A stretch of 64,000 nt of DNA from Malacoraja senta. Its lineage: Eukaryota. Positions 37,801 through 51,882 of this stretch are shown piece by piece (within the stretch, counting starts at the first letter, position 1; the number at the start of each line of letters is the position of its first letter). Under the pieces are notes generated by a model. It saw only the letters and a list, made by a program, of their open reading frames with translations, made no database searches and was not told where the DNA came from. The DNA is taken from positions 1 to 64,000 of the forward strand of contig JAXLNO010000511.1 of the NCBI GenBank assembly GCA_038087875.1, read 5' to 3'. A program made the translations under genes and the position numbers.

Positions 37801-40800
37801 CGCTTTACACGTTCTGAAATTTGTCACTTTATGCGTCCTGTAATTTCGTCAATTTTCGCATGCTGAATTTTCGTCGCTTTTTGTGTACTGAAATTTCGGC
37901 GCTTTTCGTGTGCTGATATTTCATCACTTTTCACATCTTGAAATTTCGTCGCTTTATTCGTCCTCATATTATGTCGCTTTACGCGTGCTGAATTTTTGTC
38001 ACTTTATGTGTGCTGAATTTTCGTTGATTTTAATGTCCTGAAGGATGGTCGCTTTTCACATGCTGAAAGTTCGTCGCTTTTCGCATGGTGAGTTTTCGTC
38101 GCTTTTCGTATGCTGAATTTTCGTCGCTTTTCGTGTGTTGATATTTCGCCGCTTTTCACGTTCTGAAATTTCGCCGCTTTTCACGTTCTGAAATTACGTC
38201 GCTTTATGCGTCCTGATGTTTCGTCGCTTTCCGCATGCTGAATTTCCGTCGCTTTTCATGTGCTGAAATTTCGCCGCTTATCACGTTCTGAAATTTCGTC
38301 ACTTGTCGTCTGCTGAAAATTCGTCGCTTTTACACGTGCTGAATTTTTGTCACTTAACGCAAGCCGAAATTTCGTTGGTTTTAACGTCCTGAAGGTTCCT
38401 CTCTTTGCGTGCTGAATTTTCGTCGCTTTTCATGTGCTGATATTTCTTCGCTTTTCTTGTCCTGAAGGATCATCACTTTTTGCGTGCTGAATTTTCGTCG
38501 ATTTTCACATGGTGAATTTTCGTCGCTTATATTATGCTGAAATGTCATCGCTTTTCACGTCCTGAAATTTCGTCGCTATTCACGTGTAGAATTATCGTCA
38601 CTTTCCGCGTGCTGAATTTTCCTCGCTTTTCGCGTGCTTAATTTTGGTCACTTTTCATGTTCTGAAATTTCGCCACTTTTTGTGTCCTGAATTTTCGTCA
38701 CTTTTCGTGTGCTGATGATGTTTCATCGCTTTTCGCTTGCTGAATTTTCATCGCTTTTTGAGTGCTGAAATTTCGGTGCTTGTCGTCTGCTGAAAATTCG
38801 TAGCTTTTCATGTTGTGAAATTTCGTCGCCTTATGCGTCTTGTAATTTCGTCAATTTTCGCATGCTGAATTTTCATTGCTTTTTGTGTGCTGAAATTTCG
38901 GGGCTTTTCATGTGCTGATATTTCGTCGCTTTTCACTTCCTGAAATTTCGTCACTTTTGGCGTGCTGAATTTTCGTCGCTTTTCTCGTACTGAAGGATCG
39001 TCGCTTTTCGCATGCTGAAATTTTGTCGCTTTTCGCATAGTGAATTTTCGTCGCTTTTAGTATACTGAAATTTCGTCGCTTTTCACGTCCTGAAATTTCA
39101 TCACTTTTCGCGTGCTGAATTTTCGTCGCCTCTTGCGTGCAGAATTTTCGTCGATTTTCGTGTCCTGAAAATTTATGAATTTTCGTCACTTTTCACGTGC
39201 TGAATTTTTGTCGCTTTTCATGTTCTGAAATGTCTTCACATTTCGCATGCTGAATTTTCGTCGCTTTTCGCAGGCAGAATTTTCTTCGTTTTTCATGTGT
39301 TGAAGTTTTGTCGCATTTCTCGTGCAGAGATTTTCGTCGCTTTGTGTCCTTATGTTGTGTTGCTTTTCGCTTGCTGGATTTACGTCACTTTTCGTCTGCC
39401 GAATTTTTATCACTTTTTGAGTGCTGATTTTTGTCACTTTTCGCATGCTGAATTTTCGTCGCTTTTCGCGCGCTGAACTTTCGTCGCTTCTCACGTTCAG
39501 AAGGTTTGTCACTTTTCGCCTGCTGAATTTTCAGCGCTTTTTGCAGGCGGCATTTTCGTCGCTTTTCACATGCTGAATTTTCATCACTTTTCTTGTCCAG
39601 AAGATAGGTCGCTTTTCGCATGCTGAATTTTCCTCGCTTTTCGCGTGCTGAATTTTTGTCACTCGCATGCTGAATTTTTGTCACTTTTCGCGAGCCGAAT
39701 TTTCATCGCTTTTCATATTCTCAAATTTCATCTCTTTTCGCATGTAGAATTTTCGTCGCTTTTCGCATCCTGAAGGTTCATCGTTTTTCACCTGCTGAGT
39801 TTTTGTCAGTTTTCACGTGCTGAATTTTTGTTCGCTTTTCACGTCCAGAAGGTGTGTTGCTTTTCGCCTGCCAAATTATTGTCGCTTTTCACGTGCTGAA
39901 TTTTTGTAGCTTTTCGTATGCTGGATTTCCGTACAATTCCACGTGCTTCATTTTCGTCACATTTCGCGTACTTCATTTTCATCGCTTTTTGGAAGTGGAA
40001 TTTTCGTCACTTTTTACGTGCTGAATTTTCATCGCTTTTCTTGTCCTGAAGGTACGTCGCTTTTCTCGTGCTTCATTTTCATCACTTTACGCATCCTTAA
40101 TTTTTTTCGCTATTCGCATGCTGAATTTTCGTCGCTTTTCGCGTGCTGAATTTTTGTAGCATTTCGCATGCTGAATTTTCATAGCTTTTCACGTGCTGAA
40201 TTTTCGTCACTTTTTGTGTACTGAGTTTTCGTCACTTTTCGCTTCCTGAAGGTTTGTCACTTTTCACGTGCTGAAAATTAATCGCTTTATGCGTCCTGAT
40301 GTTTCGTCACTTTTCGCGTCGTGAATTTTCGTCGCTTTTTGCATGCAGAATTTTCGTCGCTTTTCGCATTCTCAAATTTCATCACTTTTCTCGTGCTGAA
40401 TTTTCGTCGCTTTTCACGTCCTGAAGGTTCGTAGCTTTTCGGCTGCTGAATTTTGGTCACTTTTTGTGTGCTGAATTTTCATCGCCTTTCGCGCGCCTCA
40501 TTTTCATTGCTTTTCGCGTCCCGAATGGTCGTCGCTTATCGCATGCTAAATTTTCGTCGCTTTTCAAATGCTGAATTTTCATTGCTTTTCGCGTGCTGAA
40601 TTTCGTCATTTTCGCGTGCTTAATTTTCTTTGCTTATCACATCCTGAAGGTTTGTCACTTTTTGCCTGCTGAAATTTCAGCGCTTTTTGCAGGCAGCATT
40701 TTCGTTGCTATGCACGTGCTGAATTTTCATCACTTTTCTTGTCCTGAAGGTAGGTCGCTTTTCACATGCTGAATTTTCCTCGCTTTTCGCGTGCTGAATT

Positions 40801-43800
40801 TTCGTGGCTTTTCACATTCTCAAATTTCATCACTTTTCTCGTGCTGAATTTTCGTTGCTTTTTACGTCCTGAAAGTTTGTCGCTTTTTGTGTCCTGATGT
40901 TTCATCGCTTTTCGCATCCTGAAATTACGTCACTTTTCATGTGCTGAATTTTCATCGCCTTTTGCGTGCCTCATTTTCATTGCTTTTCGCGTCCCGAATG
41001 GTCGTCGCTTTTCGCATGCTAAATTTTCGTCGCTTTTCACATGCTGAATTTTCATTGCTTTTCGCGTGCTGAATTTCGTCATTTTCGCGTGCTTAATTTT
41101 CTTCGCTTTTCACATCCTGAAGGTTTGTCACTTTTCGCCTGCTGAAATTTCAGCGCTTTTTGCAGGCGGCATTTTCGTTGCTATTCACGTGCAGAATTTT
41201 CGTCGATTTTCGTATCCTGAAAATTTATGAATTTTCGTCACTTTTCGCATGCTGAATTATTGTCGCTTTTCATGTTCTGAAATGTCTTCACATTTCGCAT
41301 GTGGAATTTTCGTCGCTTTTCGCAGGCAGAATTTTCGTCGCTTTTCATGTGTTGAAGTTTTGTCGCATTTCTCGTGCAGATTTTCGTCGCTTTAGTCCTT
41401 ATGTTTTGTTGCTTTTCGCTTGCTGGATTTATGTCACTTTTCGTCTGCCGAATTTTTATCACTTTTTGAGTGCTGAATTTTTGTCACTTTTCGCATGCTG
41501 AATTTTCGTCGCTTTTCGCGCGCTGAACTTTCGTCGCTTCTCACGTTCTGAAGGTTTGTCACTTTTCGCTTGCTGAATTTTCAGCGCTTTTTGCAGGCGG
41601 CATTTTCGTCGCTTTTCACGTGCTGAATTTTCATCACTTTTCTTGTCCTGAAGGTAGGTCGCTTTTCGCATGCTGAATTTTCCTCGCTTTTCGCGTGCTG
41701 AATTTTTGTCACTCGCATGCTGAATTTTTGTCACTTTTCGCGAGCTGAATTTTCATCGCTTTTCATGTTCTCAAATTTGATCTCTTTTCGCATGTAGAAA
41801 TTTCGTCGCTTTTCGCATCCTGAAGGTTCATCGTTTTTCACCTGCTGAATTTTTGTCAGTTTTCACGTGCTGAATTTTTGTTCGCTTTTCACGTCCTGAA
41901 GGTGTGTCGCTTTTCGCCTGCCGAATTATTGTCGCTTTTCACGTGCTGTATTTTTGTAGCTTTTCGTATGCTGGATTTCCGTACAATTCCACGTGCTTCA
42001 TTTTCGTCACATTTCGCGTACTTCATTTTCATCGCTTTTTGGAAGTGGAATTTTCGTCACTTTTTACGTGCTGAATTTTCATCGCTTTTCTTGTCCTGAA
42101 GCTACGTCGCTTTTCTCGTGCTTTATTTTCATCACTTTACGCATCCTGAATTTTTTTCGCTATTCGCATGCTGAATTTTCGTCGCTTTTCGCGTGCTGAA
42201 TTTTTGTAGCTTTTCGCATGCTGAATTTTCATCGCTTTTCGCGTGCTGAATTTTCGTCAGTTTTCGCTTCCTGAAGGTTTGTCACTTTTCACGTGCTGAA
42301 AATTAGTCACTTTATGCGTCCTGATGTTTCATCACTTTTCGCGTCGTGAATTTTCGTCGCTTTTTGCGTGCTTCAATTTCATCACTTTTCGCATCCTGAA
42401 TTTTTGTCGCTTTTCGCGTGCAGAATTTTCGTCGCTTTTCGCATTCTCAAATTTCATCACTTTTCTCGTGCTGAATTTTCGTCGCTTTTCATGTCCAGAA
42501 GGTTCGTAGCTTTTCGCCTGCTGAATTTTCGTCACTTTTCGCGTGCAGAATTTCCGTCAATTTTCGTGTCCTGAAAATTTATGTATTTTCGTCACTTTTC
42601 GCGTGCTGAATTTTTGTCGCTTTTCATGTTCTGAAATATCTTCACATTTCGCGTACTGAATTTTCGTTGATTTTCATGTGCTGAAGTTTTGTCGCATTTC
42701 TCGTGCAGAGATTTTCGTCGCTTTTTACGTCCTGAAAGTTTGTCGCTTTTCGTGTCCTGATGTTTCATCGCTTTTCGCATCCTGAAATTACGTCACTTTT
42801 CGTGTGCTGAATTTTCATCGCCTTTCGCGTGCCTCATTTTCATTGCTTTTCGCGTCCCGAATGGTCGTCGCTTTTCGCATGCTGAATTTTCGTCGCTTTT
42901 CACATGCTGAATTTTCATTGCTGAATTTCGTCATTTTCGCGTGCTTAATTTTCTTCGCTTTTCACATCCTGAAGGTTTGTCACTTTTCGCCTGCTGAAAT
43001 TTCAGCGCTTTTTGTAGGCGGCATTTTCGTTGCTTTTAGCGTGCTGAATTTTCATCACTTTTCTTGTCTTGAAGTTACGTCGCTTTTTGCATGCTGAATT
43101 TTCCTTGCTTTTCACGTGCTGAATTTTTGTAGCTTTTCGCGAGCTGAATTTTTGTCACTTTTCATGTTCTCAAATTTCATCTCTTTTCGCATGTTGAATT
43201 TTCATCGCTTTTCGCATCCTGAAGGTTCGTCGTTTTTCACCTGCTGAATTTTTGTCAGTATTCACGTGCTAAATTTTTGTTCGGTTTTCACGTCCTGAAG
43301 GTGTGTCGCTTTTCGCATGCTGATTTTTTGTCGCTTTTCACGTGCTGAATACTTGTAGCTTTTCGTATGCTGGATTTCCATACAATTCCACGTGCTTCAT
43401 TTTGGTCACATTTCACGTACTTCTTTTTCACCGCTTTTTGCAAGTGGAATTTTCACGTGCTGAATTTTCATCGCTTTTCTTGTCCTGAAGGTACGTCGCT
43501 TTTCTCGTGCTTCATTTTCATCACTTTTCGCATCCTGATTTTTTTTCGTTATTCGCATGCTGAATTTTCGTCGCTTTTCGCGTGCTTCATATTCTTAACT
43601 TTTCGCAACATGAATGTTCGTCGCTTTTCGCATGCAGAATTTTCGGCGCTTTTTGCGTGTTGAATTTTCGGCGCTTTTCACGTTCTGAAATTTTGTCACT
43701 TTTCCCATGCGGAATTTTCGTAACTTTTCGCGTCCTGAAGGTGCGTCACTTTTCTTGTGCTGAATTTTCGTCACTTTTCGCGTGCAGAATTTTCGCGCGA

Positions 43801-44239
43801 TGAATTATCGTCGCTTTTCATGTTTCATGAATTTTCATCGGTTTTTGCAGGCTGAATTTTCACTGAATTTTCACCGAATTTTCACCGCATTCACTGCTGA
43901 AATGTCATCACTTTACACGACCTGAAATTTTGTCGCTTTATGCGACCTGAGGTTTTGTCGCTTTTCACGTCCTGAATTTACATTGCTTTTCATGTGCTGA
44001 ATTTTTGTCGCTTTACGTGTGCTGAATTTTTGTTGCTTTTCACATGCTGAATTTTCGTCGCTCTTCGCGTGCTGAATTTCGTCATTTTCGTGTGCTTAAT
44101 TTTCTTCTCTTTTCACATCCTGAAGGTTTGTCACTTTTCGTCTGCTGAAATTTCAGCGCTTTTTGCAGGCGGCATTTTCATTGCTTTTCGCGTCCCGAAT
44201 GGTCGTCGCTTTTCGCATGCTGAATTTTCGTCGCTTTTC
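31811..44239 (+). repeat. Satellite DNA, 25-bp monomer (consensus TGCTGAATTTTCGTCGCTTTTCGCG), with higher-order repeats
   Basis: About 12.4 kb of diverged tandem monomers; recurring variant blocks at ~375, ~863-924, 1820 and 2050 bp offsets (near-identical spurious ORFs recur at these offsets). Confidence 0.98.
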
Positions 44240-47200
44240 TTTTTTTTTTAAATTTGTATTTTATTAGAAGTACATTACATTACAACCACATACATTAGTA
44301 CTTGTCATTTATATCTTCTTACAATTAATGTACTCCATTTATTTTTTACACTAGAAAAGGAAAAGATTGAAAGAAAGAAGAAAGTGAAGGTAAAAGTGAA
44401 AGTGTAGGAAATGTGACAACAAAAAAGGACGAAGACCCTATAAGAGCAAAATTAAAAACAAAAGAAAAAGAGTTAAGAAATAGACCCTAGGAAAGAAAGA
44501 AAGAGAGAAAGAGGAAAAAGAGAGAAACAAATATTTTATGAGCTTTACGTAAATGGGACATACCAACTATTCAACTATCATCCCCCCTTACCTGACCTCA
44601 ATTTTTTTTAAAGTACTTTTGCACCCTATGTTTGTAATAATTCTATAAATGCAGACCACGTCAGGTGGAAATGATCTGGTTTACCTGCCAGGAGGAGTCT
44701 TATCTCTTCTAGTTGTAATGTTTCAAACATATTTGAAATCCACATATTTATAGTTGGTATTGGATCCTTCTTCCAAAATTTTAGAATTAGCTTTTTTCCA
44801 GTTATTAACCCATCGTCCATTAGTTTCTTTTGAAACACATTTAGTTCTGGACCATCTTCCGTTATACCGAAGATAATCCATTCTGCTTTGCGTATCAGTC
44901 TTGTTTTAAATAACTTTGTAAAGATTTCAAAAATTTCATTCCAAAATTTTTGAATTTTTGTACAAGAAACGAATGAGTGCGTTATGGTAGCTTCTTGGGA
45001 TTGACATTTTTCACAAATAGATGATACATTTGGGAAAATTTTATGAATTTTAGTTTTCGAATAATATAATCTATGTAAAATTTTAAATTGTATTAAAGTG
45101 TGTCTTACATTAATCGAGCATTTATGCACGTTGAATAAGTATTCATTCCAACTTTCCTTTGAAATTTTAATAGCTAACTCTTGTTCCCAGTCTCTTCTGA
45201 TACCCTCCGTAGATGGTATTTGTGCATTTAAGATAATATTATACAAATATGATATTAAGTTTGCTGATTCCGCTTTTATCTTCATTGCCTCGTCCAGTAC
45301 ATCTGCTGGGTAATTATGATGATCTTTTGTATATTTTTTCAAATAGTCGCATATTTGAAAATATTTAAAATATTGATTATTTCCGAGTTTATATTTTATT
45401 TGTAATTGTTGAAATGAAAGTAATTTTCCAGTTTCATACAAGTCACCAAGCGTTTTAATTCATAATCTATCCCATTGTGTATAAGCTTTATCTATAATAG
45501 AAGGATTAAACTAAGGGTTATTGACTATAGGTAATAAAAGTGATACATTTCTTAATTTTAAATTTTGTTTTATTTGTTTCCAAATTCGGATTGTACTATG
45601 AATAATTGGGTTCTTATTATAATTTATGTTATTCAATTTCATTGGAGAGAGGAGGATCGCTCCAATGTTTCTAGAGGAGCAATCCTCTTTCTCCATTACA
45701 ATCCAGTCCGCTTGCTGGGCGGAGTTATCCATCAGTTGAATCATATTTTTAATATTTACTGACCAATAATAATACATAAAATTAGGTAGTGCTAAACCCC
45801 CTAATACTTTAGGTTTATTCCGATGAGTTTTTTGTATTCTATGTGATTTATAGTCCCATATAAAATTAGTGATATCTGAGTCGAGTTTTAAAAAAAACTT
45901 CTTTGGTAAGTATATAGGAATTGATTGAAATAGGTATAAAATTTGTGGTAAAAAGATCATTTTTATTGCGTTTATTCGGCCTATTAAAGACATCGGGAGC
46001 GTTTTCCAGAATTTAATTAGTGTGTTTAATTTATTAAGTAAGGGGTCAAAATTTGCCCTAAACATACCTTGATATGATCTGGTAATTTCGATTCCCAAAT
46101 ATTTAAATTTTTCTGTAGCTATTTTAAAAGGGAATTTTAAAAGATGTGATGAATCTTTCGGTTTTATTGACATAATTTCACTTTTATTCCAATTTATTCT
46201 ATATCCAGAAAAAGATCCAAAATCTTCAATTAAATTTAATATATTTCGTATAGTGATTTGAGGTTTTGTAATGTACAGTAATATATCATCCGCGTATAAA
46301 GATATTTTATTATATGAATCTTTAGTATTATATCCATGGATATCAGGGTGTATTCTAATTTTTCTGCTTGCGGTTCAATAATGAGAGCAAACAGTTGTGG
46401 TGATAATGAGCATCCTTGTCTATTTCCCCTTGATAGTTGGAATTTCGAGGATAATATGTTATTAGTTAGTATTCTAGCTGTAGGTTTGTTATATAGTAAC
46501 TTGAACCATAGAATAAAATTCTCCCCCAGTTGAAATTTTTGTAATACTTTGTCCATATAATTCCATTCTACTTGATCAAATGCTTTTTCAGCATCCAGCG
46601 AAATAATTGATAATTCTTGATCTTCAGATTTGTGTGAGTGCATTATGTTGAGTAGACGTCTCATATTGTTAGATGAGTATCTCTTAGGGATAAACCCCGT
46701 CTGATCTGGGTTTATTAATTTACTAATGTATTTACTTAATCTTCTAGCTAATGTTTTCGCTAATATTTTTTGATCTGTGTTTAACAATGCTAATGCTCTA
46801 TATGAACCAGGTTCTAAGTCTTTATTTTTCTTAGGTATTAATGTAATCGTTGATTCCGCTAATGTATCAGGTAGTATTCGTTTTTTAAAAGCATATTGGT
46901 ACATTTTTTGTAATCTTGGTATTATTTTATCGTAAAAGCTTTTATAAAATTCATTAGTAAATCCGTCTGGGCCTGGTGTTTTTCCATTCTTTAGTGAGTT
47001 TATTGTATCTTCTAATTCCTTAATTGAGATTTGTGCACCCAGTTCCTCTTGTTCCTTCAATTCTAACTTTGGAAGATTACAGGTATCCAAGAACTTTGTG
47101 ATATTATTGGAATCACTTGTCGTTTTAGATGTATGCAAATTCTCATAAAATTGCGCAAATCTATTATTAATATCCTTTGGTGTTGTTAATAATTCCCCTT

Positions 47201-50062
47201 TAACTGATTTGATCTTTGGTATAGTATGTTCCTTTTCTCGTTTTTTTAGCTGGCGAGCCAAAAGTTTATGCGGTTTATCCCCAAATTCAAAGTGCTCTTG
47301 TTTTGTAATTTGAAAAAGTCTTATAAGTTTGGCAGATAATAATTTATTTAATTTAAATTTCAAAATTATTATTTTATTATGTTTATCTATTGATGGATCT
47401 TTAGCATTATCTATATCCATTTGTCTATTAAGTTCTTCTAACTGTCTTTGTTCATTCTTATTCTTTTTATTTTGAAAAGCTTGATATGAAATTATAATAC
47501 CCCTAATGTATACTTTAAAAGATTCCCATAATACAGTAGGCGATATATCTGGAGTATCATTTATTTGAAAAAAGACCTCCATTTGTTCTTTTAAATATAT
47601 ACTCGCTTGTGGATCTTTTAGAATTTGAGAATTAAATCTCCAAAACGATTTATTCTTAGACAATCCTTCCAGTTTTAAAAAGAAAGTTAGTGGAGAATGG
47701 TCTGAAATCGAGTTTGTGTGGTATATTGCATTAGATGTTTGGGGGATTAATTTTGTATCCAGCAGAAAGTAGTCTATACGTGAGTATATCTTATGTACGT
47801 TTGAGTAAAACGAGTATTCCCTGCCAGTTGGATTAACAATTCTCCAAACATCTGCCATATTAGTGTTGTTTATATAGGTATTCAGAAGTTCCCCAGTTTT
47901 CGATTTCATATTCCCTCTCTGTTTTTGACTTGATTTATCTAAGTACGGATCTAAAACACAGTTAAAGTCTCCTCCTATTATAACATTTTGATAGTTTGAC
48001 TCTGCAATTATGTTGAAAATTTTATTGAAAAAGTGGGGGTTATCAAAGTTAGGGGCATATATATTTACCAAAGTAAGTGGACTATCATGGATTTCTCCAT
48101 TAACTATTAGGTATCTCCCTTCTATATCTGTTATAATATTCTTTGCTTTAAATGGTATACCTTTTCTTATGATGATTGACGTGCCTCTAGATTTTGAAGT
48201 AAATGAAGAGTGGTATGTTTGACCTATCCATTTCGCCCTCAACCTAACTTGATCCTGAGATTTTAGGTGTGTTTCTTGTAGGAAGATAATGTCGGAGTTG
48301 TACAATTTCAGCTGAGCTAGTATCTTACCCCTTTTAATAGGTTCGTTAATACCTCTTATATTCCAACTACAAAATGAGATTCCTCCTAGGTTCTTTTGTG
48401 TGGTGTCATGCATTTTGAATAATTATAGTACCTTTAAATCTTGTGGTGCATCCAAATCCCAGGTCTTTAGGTATTGGGGGAGCTTTTGAGTTTTTAAGTT
48501 TTGCTGTTATGTCCATTTTACGCTTGTCACTAAACACAAAACACAAACAAGTGATTTTATGTGATTAAAAAAACCATAAAGTGAAGATACAGTGTCTAAT
48601 ATAGTCGGCACTGTAGCGAGTGTCCCACCTGTAGGTGGGAAAAAAACTTGTTTTGACTTCCATTGCGTTGTTACACAAATAGCTCCGCTCTCTTGGTTAA
48701 TCATAACATATTATAATATTAAAACGGGGCCTCAGATTCAGATATATAATACACTTTTACCCTGTGTGTTTCATTGTAACATATATATATATCGGAATTT
48801 TAACTACTGATTATTAAACCGATACTTTTGACTTCAATAAGAATCAACTGCTGGTTGAAGGGGTTAACGAGACGTGCCCCTGGACCTAAGCCAGTTGCTC
48901 GTTTCTCATCCCCTCCTCCCACTTATAGATAAGGTTTCAGTTTATTAAAAATTCATATTAGTATGTTAGTTCGTTATTTTTTATTTTTGTTTTTATTAGT
49001 ATTCTAATCTAACATGCATAATTTATTAAGTTGTTAATAGGATAAGTTCTTACAATTGGTTATAATATTATATTCTAATAAGCAATTATATGCTTTCTGG
49101 TATTGCCATCTGGTCAGTTGTTTACTCGTTTTGAACAGAAAGTGTCCTTGATTCAACATTCGAAGATAACAGTGTAACTATCCCCAGACAAAGCATTGCT
49201 TAAAATGGTTCAGATCTCCCTTTCCTTTCTATTTTTCAACGATAGTTTGAGCATATTTAAACGCTTCTTCAGGCTTAACAAATGACTTTTCAAGACCCTT
49301 AAAGGAAATACGCATTTTCGCGGGATAAAAAATCCCAAATCTGATCCCTTCTCTCCCTCTTAAAAGATCTTTAACCTTCTCAAATTTGTTTCTTTTTTGC
49401 ACAATTTCATACGGGTAGTCCCTGAATATCTTAATAGTATCATTGTCCAGCCGCAATTGCACACCGTATTTGATTTTACTCATAACATCTTCCAGTTCTA
49501 AAATGTCCCGAAATTTCACAATAATATGTCGTGGATAAGTTTTTCCCGCACCAAATCTTTGTTTAAATCTTGGGACACGATGAGCCACTTCGATTTTCGG
49601 TTCTTTGGAAAGATTCAGCAGTTGTTTAAGCAAGCCCATGGCAAACTCACGTACATCCTCCCCTTCGGCTCCCTCTGAAACTAATAGAAATCTCAAATTC
49701 TGGCGTCTAGAGCGAGCTTCCAGGTCCAGGCATTTGACTGAGACTTTCTCCAGTTGAGTCACCATCTGTAGTGAAGTTTGTTCGTTTTCTCGCCTCATTT
49801 GCTCATGTTCTTGCCTCATTTTCGCCATGTCTTCAACCATTCGAGCCGTGTTTTTCTCCAATTCCATAATTGTGTGCATACTTGCAGCTACTGTTTCAAG
49901 CACAGCCGTGAACTTATCCGTATTAGTTTCATCCATCTTGTCCATTCTCTCTGACCTCATCAATTCGTTTATTCATAATGTCCAGTGAATCAATCATATT
50001 CTTCTGGTTACCAGCATTTAATTCCCTCATCATCATCTCCATTCCTTCCATCATTATTTGTG
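44240..50062 (-). mobile_element. L1-clade LINE inserted in the satellite, 5'-truncated within ORF1
   Basis: Poly(A) tail as a T-run at 44240-44249; ORF2 44626-48413 (SWNIRG, QETH, GGDFN, SDHSP, LDAEKAFD, RQGCSLSP, LYADD, CEKC...HSFVSC) with a frameshift near 46350 and a stop near 45511; ORF1 49229..49963 (DLEARSRRQNLR, AHRV, YPAK). Confidence 0.96.
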
Positions 50063-51098
50063 TCGTGTCCTGAAAGCTCGTCACTTTTCATGTGCTGAAT
50101 TTTTATCGCTTTTCGCAGTCTGATTTTTCGTCGATTTTTGTGTGCTGAAATTTCGTCGCTTTTCACGTCCTGCGATATCGTAGCTTTATGCGTGCATCAT
50201 TTTCATCACTTTTCACATGATGAAGGGTCGTCGCTTTTCGCATGCTGAAGTTTCGTCACTTTTCGCTTCCTGAATTTACGTCGCTTTTCGTGTGCTGAAT
50301 TTTCTTCGCTTTTCGCGTGCTTCATTTTCATCGCTTTCCGCATACTGAAGGTTCGTCGCTTTTAGCATGCTAAATTTTTGTCTCTTTTCCCGTGCTTCAT
50401 TTTCATCGCTTTTCACGTACTGAAGGTTCGTCGCTTTTTACATGCTGAATTTTCATCGCTTTTTGCATGCTGAATTTTCGTCGCTTTTCTCGTTCTGAAA
50501 TTTTCGTTGCTTTATGTCCCGATGTTTTGTTGCTTTTCACGTCCTGAATTTACGTCGCTTTTTGTGTGTTGAATTTTCATTGCTTTTCGCATCCTGAAGT
50601 TTCGTCCCTTTTCGCCTGCTGTATTTTCCTCACTTTTTGCGTGCTGAATTTTTGTCGAATTTCGTGTCCTGAAAGCTCGTCACTTTTCATGTGCTGAATT
50701 TTTTATCGCTTTTCGCAGTCTGATTTTTTGTCGATTTCCGTGTGCTAAAATTTTGTCGCTTTTCACCTCCTGCAATATCGTTGCTTTATGCGTGCTGAAT
50801 TTTTGTCACTTTTCGCATGCTGAATTTTCGTCGCCTTTCGATTGCTTCATTTTCATCGCCTTTCGCGTGCTTCATTTTCATCACTTTTCGCATACAAAAG
50901 GTTCGTCGCTTTTCGCATACTGAATTTTCCTCGCTTTTCCAGTGCTTCATTTTCATCGCTTTTCGCGTCATGACGGTTCGTCGCTTTTCGCATGCTAAAT
51001 TTTCATCGATTTTCACATGCTGAATATTCGTCACTTTTTGCGTGCTGAATTTTCGTCGCTTTTCACGTTCTGTAATTACGTCACTTTTCGCATGTTGA
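50063..51098 (+). repeat. Continuation of the 25-bp satellite
   Basis: Same monomer; ~600-bp internal duplication (50063 vs 50662). Confidence 0.97.
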
Positions 51099-51099
51099 A

Positions 51100-51882
51100 T
51101 AGGTACCATTGTAGCGCCATTAGAGCGCATGAGATATAGGCCGGGTGGCCAGTAGACTGGAAAGTTAGACCGGAGGATCCCCGATTCAGGCAGATAGTTT
51201 ATTATATTCAGAACCGCGTTGAGAGGCCAGCGCAGGGAATGCCTGGGGAAGGTCCAGACTTAGCGTTGGCCTACAGGAGAGCCAGCATATGAAGTGCCTG
51301 CGGAAGGTCCGGCTTAGCCCTGTCCCTACAGGAACCAGCGTGGAAGTCCAGGCTTAGTGTTGGTCTATAGGAGTGCCAACGCATGGAGTGCTTTAGAAGG
51401 TCCGGCTCAGCGTTGGCCTAAGGGAGAGCCAGCGTAGGGAGTACTTGGCAAGTTCCGGTTCAGCGCTGGCCTACATGTGAGCCAGTGTGAGCAATGCCTC
51501 GTTTAAGGCAATTTTTAAGCGTTGGTCTACAGGAGAGCCAGCGCCAACTATGTCTGGAGAGGACAGTTTAAGCATTGGCCTACAGGTAAACCAGCGCCAG
51601 CAGCACCTGAAAGAGGGCTGCCAATGCATGTGCCTACAGGAGCCCGTACGGCGAGCACCTGGAAAATGGTTTACTATGCGTAGACCTATGGGAGAGCCAG
51701 CGCTAGAAACACCTGAAGCAGTATGTCATCTCGCCCCTCCATGAAAAGGATTATTTCATACAAAAATCCAATAAACGAATCATGAGGACTAGCGCCCAAT
51801 AAAAGTGCCGAAACGACCAGATTTGGCACAATATATCAAAGTTGTGGGTCCAAAATTATAAGGGGAACCATTGGAAGATAAA
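51100..51882 (+). mobile_element. Fragment of a DIRS-type ORF1 with ~54-bp tandem repeats
   Basis: About 9 copies of core GGCCTACAGGAGAGCCAGC (WPTGEPA); 51820-51882 resembles 52900-52960 of the downstream element. Confidence 0.65.

Noticed and set aside
51260..51710. CRISPR-like repeat-spacer appearance
   Set aside because: The context is eukaryotic, the repeats are degenerate, the spacers are related to each other, and the unit is homologous to coding repeats in DIRS ORF1; no cas genes.
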